A stretch of 64,000 nt of DNA from Mobula hypostoma (taxonomy: Eukaryota). Each line of letters begins with the position of its first letter. Position 1 is the stretch's first letter. Below are positions 39,601-51,278 of this stretch, piece after piece. Where the stretch lies: contig NC_086108.1 of the NCBI RefSeq assembly GCF_963921235.1, positions 992,001 through 1,056,000 on the forward strand, in the 5' to 3' direction. Both the position numbers and the translations under genes were made by a program. The notes under the pieces were generated by a model, which was not told the DNA's origin, did no database searches, and saw only the letters and a list, made by a program, of their open reading frames with translations.

Positions 39601-42535
39601 TTTCAATGACTGGTGTATAATGACACCCAGGTCTCGTTGCACCTCCCCTTTTCCTAATCGGCCACCATTCAGATAATAATCTGTTTTCCTATTTTTGCCA
39701 CCAAAGTGGATAACTTCACATTTATCCACATTAAATTGCATCTGCCATGAGTTTGCCCACTCACCCAACCTATCCAAGTCACCCTGCATCCTCTTAGCAT
39801 CCTCCTCACTGCTAACACTGCCACCCAGCTTCGTGTCATCCGCAAACTTGGAGATGCTGCATTTAATTCCCTCATCCAAGTCATCAATATATATTGTAAA
39901 CAACTGGGGTCCCAGCACTGAGCCTTGCGGTACCCCACTAGTCACCGCCTGCCATTCTGAAAAGGTCCCGTTTATTCCCACTCTTTGCTTCCTGTCTGCT
40001 AACCAATTCTCCACCCACACCAATACCTTACCCCCAATACCGTGTGCTTTAAGTTTGCACACTAATCTCCTGTGTGGGACCTTGTCAAAAGCCTTTTGAA
40101 AATCCAAATATACCACATCCACTGGTTCTCCCCTATCCACTCTACTAGTTACATGCTCAAAAAATTCTATGAGATTCGGCAGACATGATTTTCCTTTCAC
40201 AAATCCATGCTGACTTTGTCCGATCATTTCACCGCTTTCCAAATGTGCTGTTATCACATCCTTGATAACTGACTCCAGCAGTTTCCCCACCACCGACGTT
40301 AGGCTAACCGGCCTATAATTCCCCGGTTTCTCTCTCCCTCCTTTTTTAAAAAGTGGGGTTACATTAGCCACCCTCCAATCCTCAGGAACTAGTCCAGAAT
40401 CTAACGAGTTTTGAAAAATTATCACTAATGCATCCACTATTTCTTGGGCTACTTCCTTAAGCACTCTAGGATGCAGACCATCTGGCCCTGGGGATTTATC
40501 TGCCTTCAATCCCTTCAATTTACCTAACACCACTTCCCTACTAACATGTACTTCACTCAGTTCCTCCATCTCACTGGACCCTCTGTCCCTTACTATTTCT
40601 GGAAGATTATATATGTCCTCCTTAGTGAAAGCAGAACCAAAGTAATTATTCAATTGGTCTGCCATGTCCTTGCTCCCCATAATCAATTCACCTGTTTCTG
40701 TCTGCAGGGGACCTACATTTGTCTTTACCAGTCTTTTCCTTTTTACATATCTATAAAAGCTTTTACAGTCCGTTTTTATGTTCCCTGCCAGTTTTCTCTC
40801 ATAATCTTTTTTCCCCTTCCTAATTAAGCCCTTTGTCCTTCTCTACTGAACTCTGAATTTCTCCCAGTCCTCAGGTGAGCCACTTTTTCTGGCTAATTTG
40901 TATGCTTCTTCTTTGGAATTGATACTATCCCTAATTTCTCTTGTCAGCCACGGGTGCACTACCTTCCTTGATTTATTCTTTTGCCAAACTGGGATGAACA
41001 ATTGTTGTAGTTCATCCATGCAACCTTTAAATGCTTGCCATTGCATATCCACCGTCAATCCTTTAAGTGTCATTTGCCAGTCTATCTTAGCTAATTCACG
41101 TCTCATACCTTCAAAGTTACCCCTCTTTAAGTTCAGAACCTTTGTTTCTGAATTAACTATGTCACTCTCCATCTTAATGAAGAATTCCACCATATTATGG
41201 TCACTCTTACCCAAGGGGCCTCTAATGACAAGATTGCTAATTAACCCTTCCTCATTGCTCAAAACCCAGTCCAGAATAGCCTGCTCTCTAGTTGGTTCCT
41301 CGACATGTTGGTTCAAAAAACCATCCCGCATACATTCCAAGAAATCCTCTTCCTCAGCACCTTTACCAATTTGGTTCACCCAATCTACATGAGGATTGAA
41401 GTCACCCATTATAACTGCTGTTCCTTTATTGCACACATTTCTAATTTCCTGTTTAATACCATCTCCGACCTCACTACTACTGTCAGGTGGCCTGTACACA
41501 ACTCCCACCAGCGTCTTCTGCCCCTTAGTGTTACGCAGCTCTACCCATATCGATTCCACATCTTCCCGGCTTATGTCCTTCCTTTCTATTCCTTTCTATA
41601 TTGTGTCAGAAAACCTTCCTGAAGAAACCTAACAAACTCCACCCTATCTAAACCCCTTGCTCTAGGAAGATGTCAATCAATATTTGGGAAATTAATATCT
41701 CCCACCACAATGACCCTGTTACTTTTAAACCTTTCCAGAATCTGTCTCTCTATCTGCTCCTCGATGTCCCTGTTACCATTGGGAGGTCTATAAAAAACAC
41801 CCAGTCGAGTTATTGACCATTCCTGTTTGTTCCTAACTTCCACCCTCAGAGACTCAGTAGACATTCCCTCCATGACTTCCTCCTTTTCTGCAGCTGTGAC
41901 ACTGTCTCTGATCAACAGTGCCATGCCCCCACCTCTTTTGCCTCCGTCCCTGTCCTTTCTGACACATCTAAAGCCTGGCACTCAAAGTAACCATTCCTGC
42001 CCCTGAGCCATCCAAGTCTCTGTAATGGCCACAACATCATAGCTCCAAGTACTGATCCACGCTCTAAGCTCATCCGCTTTGTTCATGATGCTTCTTGTAT
42101 TAAAATAGACACATCTCAAACCATCAGTCTGTGCGCATTCCTTCCCTATCACCTGCCTATTCTCCCTCTCACACTGCCTACAAGCTTTCTCTCTTTGTGA
42201 GAAACCGCCCCTTCCACCTCTTCAGTTCGGTTCCCACCCCCAAGCAATTCTCGTTTAAACTCTCCCCAATAGCCTTCGCAAACCTCCCTGCCAAAATATT
42301 GGTCACCTTCGGATTCAAGTGCAACCCATCCTTTTTGTACAGGTCACACCTGCCCCAAAAGAGGTCCCGATGATTCAGAGATCTGAATCCCTGCTCCCTC
42401 CCCCAATCCTTCAGCCACACATTTATCCTCCACTTCATTCTGTTCATATACTCACTGTCACGTGGCACAGGCAGCAATCCCAAGATTACTACCTTTGAGG
42501 TCCTGCTTCTCAGCTTCTTTCCTAACTCCCTGTAG
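36639..42535 (-). mobile_element. CR1 LINE (ORF1 end plus ORF2, several lesions) interrupted by a nested CR1
   Basis: ORFs 42178-42483 (esterase), 41673-41981 (APE), 38604-38879, 38201-38641, 37373-38188, 36741-37376 are collinear; tail agaaacatagaaa at 36639. Confidence 0.92.
38921..41597 (-). mobile_element. Very young nested CR1 LINE, 5'-truncated in the endonuclease
   Basis: ORFs 40843-41559 and 39013-40686 are one frame broken by a single TAG at 40843-40845; TSD atatt at 38916-38920 and 41598-41602; same subfamily as 3731-4935. Confidence 0.95.
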
Positions 42536-42761
42536 TAACTTTCCTAACTTTTGTAGTCTCATCCATGTTCCATGTTGACAACTTGCCTTCGGCAGTCTCT
42601 TCCATTTTCCAATCTTGACAACTTATCTTCTGCAGACTCGTCCAAGTTCCAGCCTGCCAGCTTGTCTTTCGTAGTTTCTTCCATCTTCCCTCTTGACAAC
42701 CTCTCTGTAGCAGTCTCTTCCATATTGTAGTTTGACAACTTGTCTTCAGTTGTCTCCTTTG

Positions 42762-45700
42762 TAAGATCATAAGACCATAAGGCATAGGAGCAGGATTAGG
42801 CTATTTGGCCTGTCAAGTCTGCACCACCATTAAATCATGCCTGATCCCTTTTTTCCTCCTCCTCAACCCCATTTCCCAGCCTTCTCCCTATAACCTTTGA
42901 TGCTGTGTTCAATCAAGAACCTATCAATCTCTGCCTTAAATACACCCAACAGCCTGGCCTCCACAGCTGCGCATGGCAACAAATTCCACAAATTCACCAC
43001 CCTCTGGCTGAAGAAATTTCTCTGCATCTCTGTTTTGAATGGATGCCTCTCTATCCTGAGGCTGTACCCTCTTGTCCTAGACTCTCCCACCATGGGAAAC
43101 ATCCTTTCCACATCTACTCTGTCTAGACCTTTCAACATTCGAAAGATTTCAATGAGACCGCCCCCCCCATCCTTCTAAGTTCCAGCAAATACAGACTCAG
43201 AGCTATCAAACATTCCTTGTATGATGACCCTTTCACTCCTGGAATCCTCCTTCTAAACCTCCTCTGAGCCCTCTCCAATGCCAGCACATCTCTTCTAAGA
43301 TGAGGAGCCCAAATCTGTACACAATACTCAAGGCGAGGCCTCACCAGTGCCTTATAAAGCCTCAGCATCACATCCCTGCTCTTGTATTCTAGAAATCCTG
43401 AAATGAATGCTAACATTGCATTTGCCTTCCTCACTACCAACTCTACCTGCAAGATAACCTTCAGGGTGTTCTGCACAAGGACTCCCAAGTCCCTTTGCAT
43501 CTCAGAATTTTGGATTTTCTCCCCATTTGGAAAATAGTCTGCATATTTATTTCTACTACCAAAGTGCATGACCATGCATTTTCCAACATTATATTTCATT
43601 TGCCACTTTCTTGCCCATTCTCCTAATCTGCCTAAGTCCTTCTTCATCCTACCTGTTTCCTCAACACTACCTGCTCCTCCACCAATCTTCATATCATCTG
43701 CAAACTTGGCAAAAAAGCCATCTATTTCATCATCTAAATCATTTATATACAGCATAAAAAGAAATGGTCCCAACACCGACCCCTGCGGAACACCACCAGT
43801 CACTGGCAGCCAACCAGACAAGAATGTGGCCACACATTTTAAATCCACGTCCCATTCCCATTCTGACATGTCCATCCACGGCCTCATCTACTGTAAAAAT
43901 GAAGCCACACTCAGGTTGGAGGAACAACACCTTATATTCCGTCTGGGCAGCCTCCAACCTGATGGCATGAACTTCGACTTCTCTAACTTCCGCTAATGCC
44001 CCACCTCCCCCTCGTACCCCATCCGTTATTTATTTATCTATTCATTCATTCCCCCCACCTTTTTTCTCTCTCTTTTTCTCCCTCTGTCCCTCCCACTATA
44101 ACTTCTTGCCCATCCTCTGGGTTCCCCCCGCCTCCCCCTTTCTTTCTCCCTAGGCCTCCTGTCCCATGATCGTCTCATATCCCTTTTGCCAATCACCTGT
44201 CCAGCTCTTGGCTCCATCCCTCCCTCTCCTGTCTTCTCCTATCATTTTGGATCTCCCCCTCCCCCTCCCACTTTCAAATCTCTTACTAACTCTTCCTTCA
44301 GTTAGTCCTGACGAAGGGTCTCGGCCCGAAATGTCAACTGTACCTCTTCCTAGAGATGCTGCCTGGCCTGCTGCGTTCACCAGCATTTTTTGTGTGTGTT
44401 GCAAGAATCCTTTTATTCCCACTCGCTGCCTTCTTCTGATCAGCCAATGCTCTAACCATGTTAGTAACTTTCCTGTAATACCATGGGCTCTTAACTTGGT
44501 AAGCAGCCTCATGTGTGGCACCTTGTCAAAGGCCTTCTGAAAGTCCAAATATACAACATCCACTGCATCCCCTTTATCTATCCTACTTGTAATCGCCTCA
44601 AAGTATTCCAACAGGTTCGTCTGGCAGGATTTTCCCTGAAGGAAACCATGCTGACTTTGTCCTGTTTTGTCCTGTTACCAAGTACTCCATAACCTCATCC
44701 TTAACAATTGACTCTAACATCTTCCCAACCACTAGGTCAGGCTAACTGGTCTATAATTTCCTTTCTGCTGCCTTCCTCCTTTCTTAAAGAGTGGAGTGAT
44801 ATTTGCAATTTTCCAGTCCTCTGGCACCATGCCAGTGTCCAATGATTTTTGAAAGATCATTGTTAATGCCACCACAATCTCTACCCTTACCTCTTTCAGA
44901 ACCCTAGGGTGCAGTTCATCTGGTCCAGATGACTTATGTAGTTTTAGGTCTTTCAGCTTTTAGAGCACCTTCTCCCTTGTAACAATAACTGCACCCACTT
45001 CTCTTCCTTCATGCACTACAACATCTGGCACACTGCTAGTGTCTTCCACAGTGAAGACTGATGCAAAATACTTATTTAGTTCATCAGCCATCTCCTTGTC
45101 CCCTGTTATTATTTCTCCTGCTCATTTTCTAGCGGTTCTATATCTACTCTCATCTCTCTTTTACATATTTGAAAAAGCTTTTACTATCCATTTTGATATT
45201 ATTTGCTAGCTTGCTTTCATATTTCATCTTTTCCTTTCTAATGATTCCTTTAGTTGATCTCTGTAGGTTTTTTAAAACTTTCCAATCCTCTATCTTCCCA
45301 CTAATTTTGCTTTGTGTATGCCCTTTCTTTTGTTTTTACATTAGTTTTGACTTCTCTTGTCAGCCATGGTTGTATATTTTGCCATTTGAGTATTTCTTCA
45401 TTTTTGGAATACACATGTTCTGCACCTTTCTCATTTCTCCCAGAAACACACACCATTGCTGCTGTGCTGAAATCCCTGCCAGCAGCTCCTTCCAATTTAC
45501 TTTGACCAACTCCTCTCTCGTATTTCAAGTTGAACTCAATCATATTGTGATCACTGGTTCCTACGGGTTCCTTTACCTTAAGCTCCCGAATCACCTCTGG
45601 TTTATTATATAACACCCAATCCAGTATAGCTGATCCCCTTGTAGGGTCAACGACAAACTGCTCTAAAAAGCCCATCTCTTTGGCATTCAACAAACTTACT

Positions 45701-47590
45701 CTCTTGAGATTCATTACCAACCTGATTTTTCCAATCGACCTGCATGTTAAAATCACCCATGACTATCATAACATTGTCCTTTTGACTCGCCTTTTCTATT
45801 TCCTGTTGTAATCTGTGGTCCATCTCCCAGCTACTGTTTGGAGGCCTGTATATAACTGCCATCAGGATCCTTTTACCCTTGCAGTTTCTTAAATCAACCC
45901 ACAAGGATTCAGCATCTTCTGATCCTATGTCACATCTTTCTACTGATTTGATGCCATTCTTCACCAGCAGAGCCACACTACCCCCTCTGCCTACCTTCCT
46001 ATCCCTCTGATACAACGTGTAACCTTGGACATTCAGCTCCCAACTACAACCATCCTTCAGCCACGATTCAGTGATGGTCACAACATCATACCTGACAATC
46101 TGTAATAGTGCAAGAAGATCATCCACCTTATGTCTTATACTCCACGCTTTGAGATACAACACCTTGAGTACTGTATTTGCTACCCTTTTTGATTTTGCAT
46201 CCCTGATGTACTGGTATTTCACCCTGTAGGCTGTGACTAAGTCCCAACACCTGCCTACACTTCCTGACAGACTGACTGCACGCTATCTTTACTTTTTTAC
46301 CATCCGTCCTATCCTGAGTCCCATCACTCTGGTTCCTGATCCCCTGCAAAATTCGATGAAACCCTCCCCAACAGCTCTAACAACCCTGCCCGCGAGAATA
46401 GCGGTTCCCCCTCGGGTTCAGGTGCAACCTGTCACTTTTGAACAGGTCATACCTCCCCCAGAAGAGATCCCAATGATCCAAGAACCTGAAGCCCTGAACC
46501 CTGCACCAGTCTCTCAGCCACACATTTATCTGCCAAATCATCCTGTTTCTACCCTCACTGGTACATGGCACAGGCAACAATACAGAAATTATTACCTGGG
46601 AGGTCCTGCTTCTCAGCTTTCCACCGAGCTCTCTAAATTCTCTTTTCAGGACCTCTCTGCTTTTCCTTCCTATGTCATTGGTACCGATATGTACTAAGAC
46701 ATCTGGCTGCTCCCCCTCCTTCTCCAAAATGCTGTGGACGTGATCTGAGACATCCCTGACCCTGGCACCTGGGAGGCAACATACGATCCGGGTGTCCCGT
46801 TCACATCCACAGAACCTCCTGCCTGTTCCCCTCACTATCGAGTCTCTCATCAGTAACACTCCCCTCTTCTCTCTCTTTCCCTTCTGCACCGTGGTCCCGT
46901 GCTCGGTGCCTGCAACCAGGTCGCCATGGCATTCTCCCAGGAGGTCATCCCCCACAGAAGCATCCAAAGTGGGATACTTATTTTTGAGGGGAATGGCCAC
47001 AGGGCTGCTCTGTGCTAACTGCCTATTCACATTTCCATTCCTCCTGACGGTCACCCAGCTACTCACCTCCTGCAACTTCGGAGTGACTACTTCCCTGTCA
47101 CTCTGATTGATGATCTCCTCACTCTCCCGTATAAGCCGCCGGTCATCCAGCTGCTGCTCCAGATCCCTAACACGGTCTTCAAGGAGCTGCAGCCGGATGT
47201 ACTTCACGCAGATGTAGTTCCCCAAGAGAGTCTGGGTCTCCCAGTTCTCCAACATCTGGCATGAAGAACATAAAACCACCAATTACTAAACCAGGTACAG
47301 TAAAAGAAAAGCAGAAAGAAAACCTTAACAGAAGCTTATCCAGAGCCAATGCCTCTTCCGAGCTGAAGCCCCCTTTGAGCCAAAGCCTGACGCTTCCACC
47401 CTCCCGACAATGGCCGCTCTGCTTGTCCCTCCTGTACTTTTATTTAGTTTGCAGTGTTCCTGCTCCCGTGGCTGACAGGGCCTCTGCAATGGCCAGATGC
47501 CCGCGAAGCTCTCTTTTTAAACAAGTGCCGCTGACCTGCGAGAAACCTCTTTGCAGACACCTCTTTTCGCACCACTGACAGGGCCTGTGC
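42762..47590 (-). mobile_element. Near full-length CR1 LINE (5'UTR, ORF1, ORF2, tail), degenerate
   Basis: ORF1 46377-47282 (CxxC...C zinc-finger-like N-terminus, coiled coil, SGNH esterase VHIGTND); ORF2 pieces 45647-46222, 44150-44611, 43132-43887, 42863-43138; (ccataaga)n tail. Confidence 0.92.
43826..44401 (+). mobile_element. Penelope-like 3' fragment inserted in CR1
   Basis: EEQHLIFRLGSLQPDGMNFDFSNFR (GIY-YIG end); hammerhead motif at 44303-44340; 7-bp TSD caagaat at 43819-43825 and 44402-44408. Confidence 0.9.
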
Positions 47591-48239
47591 ATGTTCCATC
47601 TTGACATCTTGTCTTCAGCAGACTCTTCCCTGTTCCATCTTGAAAACTTGTCTTCAGCAGACTCTTCCCTGTTCCATCTTGACATCTTGTCGTTAGCTGT
47701 CTCTTCCATATTGTAGTTTGACAATGTCTTTAGAAGTCTCTTCAATGTTTCAGCTTGAAAACTTATCCTTAGCCATTTGTTCAATGTGCCTATTGACAAA
47801 TGTCTTTAGCAGTTACTTGCATGTTGTTACCTGACAACATGTCTTCAGCAGTCTCCTCCATGTTGTAGTTTGACAACCTGTCTTTAGCTGTTTCTTCGAT
47901 GTCGTAGTTTGCCAGCTTGTTTTTTTGCAGTCTCTTTCATATTGTTACTTGTCATTTTGTTACTTTCATGTTCCAATTTGAAGTATTGTCTTTAGCAGTT
48001 TCTTCCATGTTCCAACTGAAGCAGCCCTTCAACCTGTGTATAGCAATATCTTCCATGTTACATCATGACAACTTGTCTTTAGTATTCTCTTCTATTTTCC
48101 AGCTTGACAACTTGACTGTAGCCATCTCCTCCATGTTCCAACTTGGCAAATTGTCTGAAAGAGTCCTTCCCATGTTGTAGTTTGACACCTTGTCTTCAGC
48201 AGTCTCTTATATGTTCTATCCTGACAATCTGTCTTTACC

Positions 48240-50655
48240 AGTCTCTCCATATTATATCTTGACAACCTGTCTTTACCAGTCTATACCATGACCCAGCTTG
48301 ACAATCTGTCTTTACCAGTCTATACCATGACCCAGCTTGACAACCTGTCTTTACCAGTCTATACCATGACCCAGCTTGACAACCTGTCTTTACCAGTCTA
48401 TACCATGACCCAGCTTGACAACCTGTCTTTAGCAGTCTATACCATGACCCAGCTTGACAATCTGTCTTTACCAGTCTATACCATGACCCAGCTTGACAAC
48501 CTGTCTTTACCAGTCTATACCATGACCCAGCTTGACAACCTGTCTTTACCAGTCTATACCATGACCCAGCTTGACAATCTGTCTTTACCAGTCTATACCA
48601 TGACCCAGCTTGACAACCTGTCTTTACCAGTCTATACCATGACCCAGCTTGACAACCTGTCTTTACCAGTCTATACCATGACCCAGCTTGACAACCTGTC
48701 TTTACCAGTCTATACCATGACCCAGCTTGACAACCTGTCTTTACCAGTCTATACCATGACCCAGCTTGACAATCTGTCTTTACCAGTCTATACCATGACC
48801 CAGCTTGACAACCTGTCTTTACCAGTCTATACCATGACCCAGCTTGACAACCTGTCTTTAGCAGTCTATACCATGACCCAGCTTGACAATCTGTCTTTAC
48901 CAGTCTATACCATGACCCAGCTTGACAATCTGTCTTTACCAGTCTATACCATGACCCAGCTTGACAATCTGTCTTTACCAGTCTATACCATGACCCAGCT
49001 TGACAATCTGTCTTTACCAGTCTATACCATGACCCAGCTTGACAACCTGTCTTTACCAGTCTATACCATGACCCAGCTTGACAATCTGTCTTTACCAGTC
49101 TATACCATGACCCAGCTTGACAACCTGTCTTTAGCAGTCTATACCATGACCCAGCTTGACAATCTGTCTTTACCAGTCTATACCATGACCCAGCTTGACA
49201 ATCTGTCTTTACCAGTCTATACCATGACCCAGCTTGACAATCTGTCTTTACCAGTCTATACCATGACCCAGCTTGACAACCTGTCTTTACCAGTCTATAC
49301 CATGACCCAGCTTGACAACCTGTCTTTACCAGTCTATACCATGACCCAGCTTGACAATCTGTCTTTACCAGTCTATACCATGACCCAGCTTGACAACCTG
49401 TCTTTACCAGTCTATACCATGACCCAGCTTGACAACCTGTCTTTACCAGTCTATACCATGACCCAGCTTGACAATCTGTCTTTACCAGTCTATACCATGA
49501 CCCAGCTTGACAACCTGTCTTTACCAGTCTATACCATGACCCAGCTTGACAATCTGTCTTTACCAGTCTATACCATGACCCAGCTTGACAATCTGTCTTT
49601 ACCAGTCTATACCATGACCCAGCTTGACAACCTGTCTTTACCAGTCTATACCATGACCCAGCTTGACAATCTGTCTTTACCAGTCTATACCATGACCCAG
49701 CTTGACAACCTGTCTTTAGCAGTCTATACCATGACCCAGCTTGACAATCTGTCTTTACCAGTCTATACCATGACCCAGCTTGACAATCTGTCTTTACCAG
49801 TCTATACCATGACCCAGCTTGACAATCTGTCTTTACCAGTCTATACCATGACCCAGCTTGACAACCTGTCTTTACCAGTCTATACCATGACCCAGCTTGA
49901 CAACCTGTCTTTACCAGTCTATACCATGACCCAGCTTGACAATCTGTCTTTACCAGTCTATACCATGACCCAGCTTGACAACCTGTCTTTACCAGTCTAT
50001 ACCATGACCCAGCTTGACAACCTGTCTTTACCAGTCTATACCATGACCCAGCTTGACAATCTGTCTTTACCAGTCTATACCATGACCCAGCTTGACAATC
50101 TGTCTTTACCAGTCTATACCATGACCCAGCTTGACAACCTGTCTTTACCAGTCTATACCATGACCCAGCTTGACAACCTGTCTTTACCAGTCTATACCAT
50201 GACCCAGCTTGACAACCTGTCTTTACCAGTCTATACCATGACCCAGCTTGACAACCTGTCTTTACCAGTCTATACCATGACCCAGCTTGACAACCTGTCT
50301 TTACCAGTCTATACCATGACCCAGCTTGACAATCTGTCTTTACCAGTCTATACCATGACCCAGCTTGACAATCTGTCTTTACCAGTCTATACCATGACCC
50401 AGCTTGACAATCTGTCTTTACCAGTCTATACCATGACCCAGCTTGACAACCTGTCTTTACCAGTCTATACCATGACCCAGCTTGACAACCTGTCTTTACC
50501 AGTCTATACCATGACCCAGCTTGACAATCTGTCTTTACCAGTCTATACCATGACCCAGCTTGACAATCTGTCTTTACCAGTCTATACCATGACGCAGCTT
50601 GACAACCTGTCTTTACCAGTCTATACCATGACCCAGCTTGACAATCTGTCTTTAG
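48240..50655. repeat. Homogenised core of the 39-bp satellite, ~62 units
   Basis: Unit accatgacccagcttgacaa(c/t)ctgtcttta(c/g)cagtctat with essentially no indels; rare G-variant units are spaced at exact multiples of 39 (429, 273, 585 bp). Confidence 0.98.
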
Positions 50656-51278
50656 CAGTCTCTTGCATGTTGTTGTTTGACAATCTGTCTGTAGCAATCT
50701 CCTCCATGTTCCATCTTGACAACCTGTCTTTACCAGTCTCTTCAATGTTCCAATTTGTCAACATCTTTGGCAGTTTCTTTTATGTTCCGTCTTGACATAT
50801 TGTCTTTACTAGTCTCTTCCATGTTCCTACTTGAGAACTTGTCTGTAGCAGCTACTTCCATGTTCTAGGTTGACAACTTGTCTTTTTCTCATTGTTGCCA
50901 TCGTTTCGTTTTCTGAACGCTTAAATCTTCCCAATTCTCACACTCCATGTCTGGTTTCTTGCTCTTTTCTCTTGATCTAACATTACCTATACCTTCACTT
51001 GCTATCCATGTTGGTCTATCATTCCTTAAAGGGATATATATGACATAAACTGTGAATTAATTCCTCAAATGTTAGTCATGGCTTGTTTACACTGATGTTT
51101 TAAATAAGATTCCAAATCTGTTGTGGTCAAAGCATGTGTCATGGCTTTGTAGCCTGTTTTATTCAGACTTAACACCAAAGTAAGTCACTCAGTTTTAATA
51201 CAAAATTGCTTCTTACAGTGGGTAGTGAAAACTGCCCAACACACCACCTTCTCCAGCCTACCTGCCATCAAGGACACA

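Larger units (their letters stand above)
29370..50885. repeat. 39-bp satellite domain, ~5.4 kb of repeat in five blocks (29370-29410, ~31350-32040, ~35510-36638, ~42536-42760, ~47590-50885) separated by TE insertions
   Basis: Consensus tcttccatgttccaWcttgacaacttgtctttagcagtc recurs in every block in the same orientation; minus-strand frame reads MEETAKDKLSSWN with scattered stops and indels. Confidence 0.9.

Noticed and set aside
27118..50655. Arrays as CRISPR-like repeat-spacer loci
   Set aside because: Units are head-to-tail with no unique spacers, no cas genes, and the context is eukaryotic
48235..50795. 835-aa (+, MTQLDNLSLPVYT) and 836-aa (-, YRLVKTGCQAGSW) repeat ORFs as novel proteins
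   Set aside because: A 39-bp unit without a stop gives long ORFs automatically, here on both strands; flanking older units have stops and indels in these frames; no splice sites or unique domain seen
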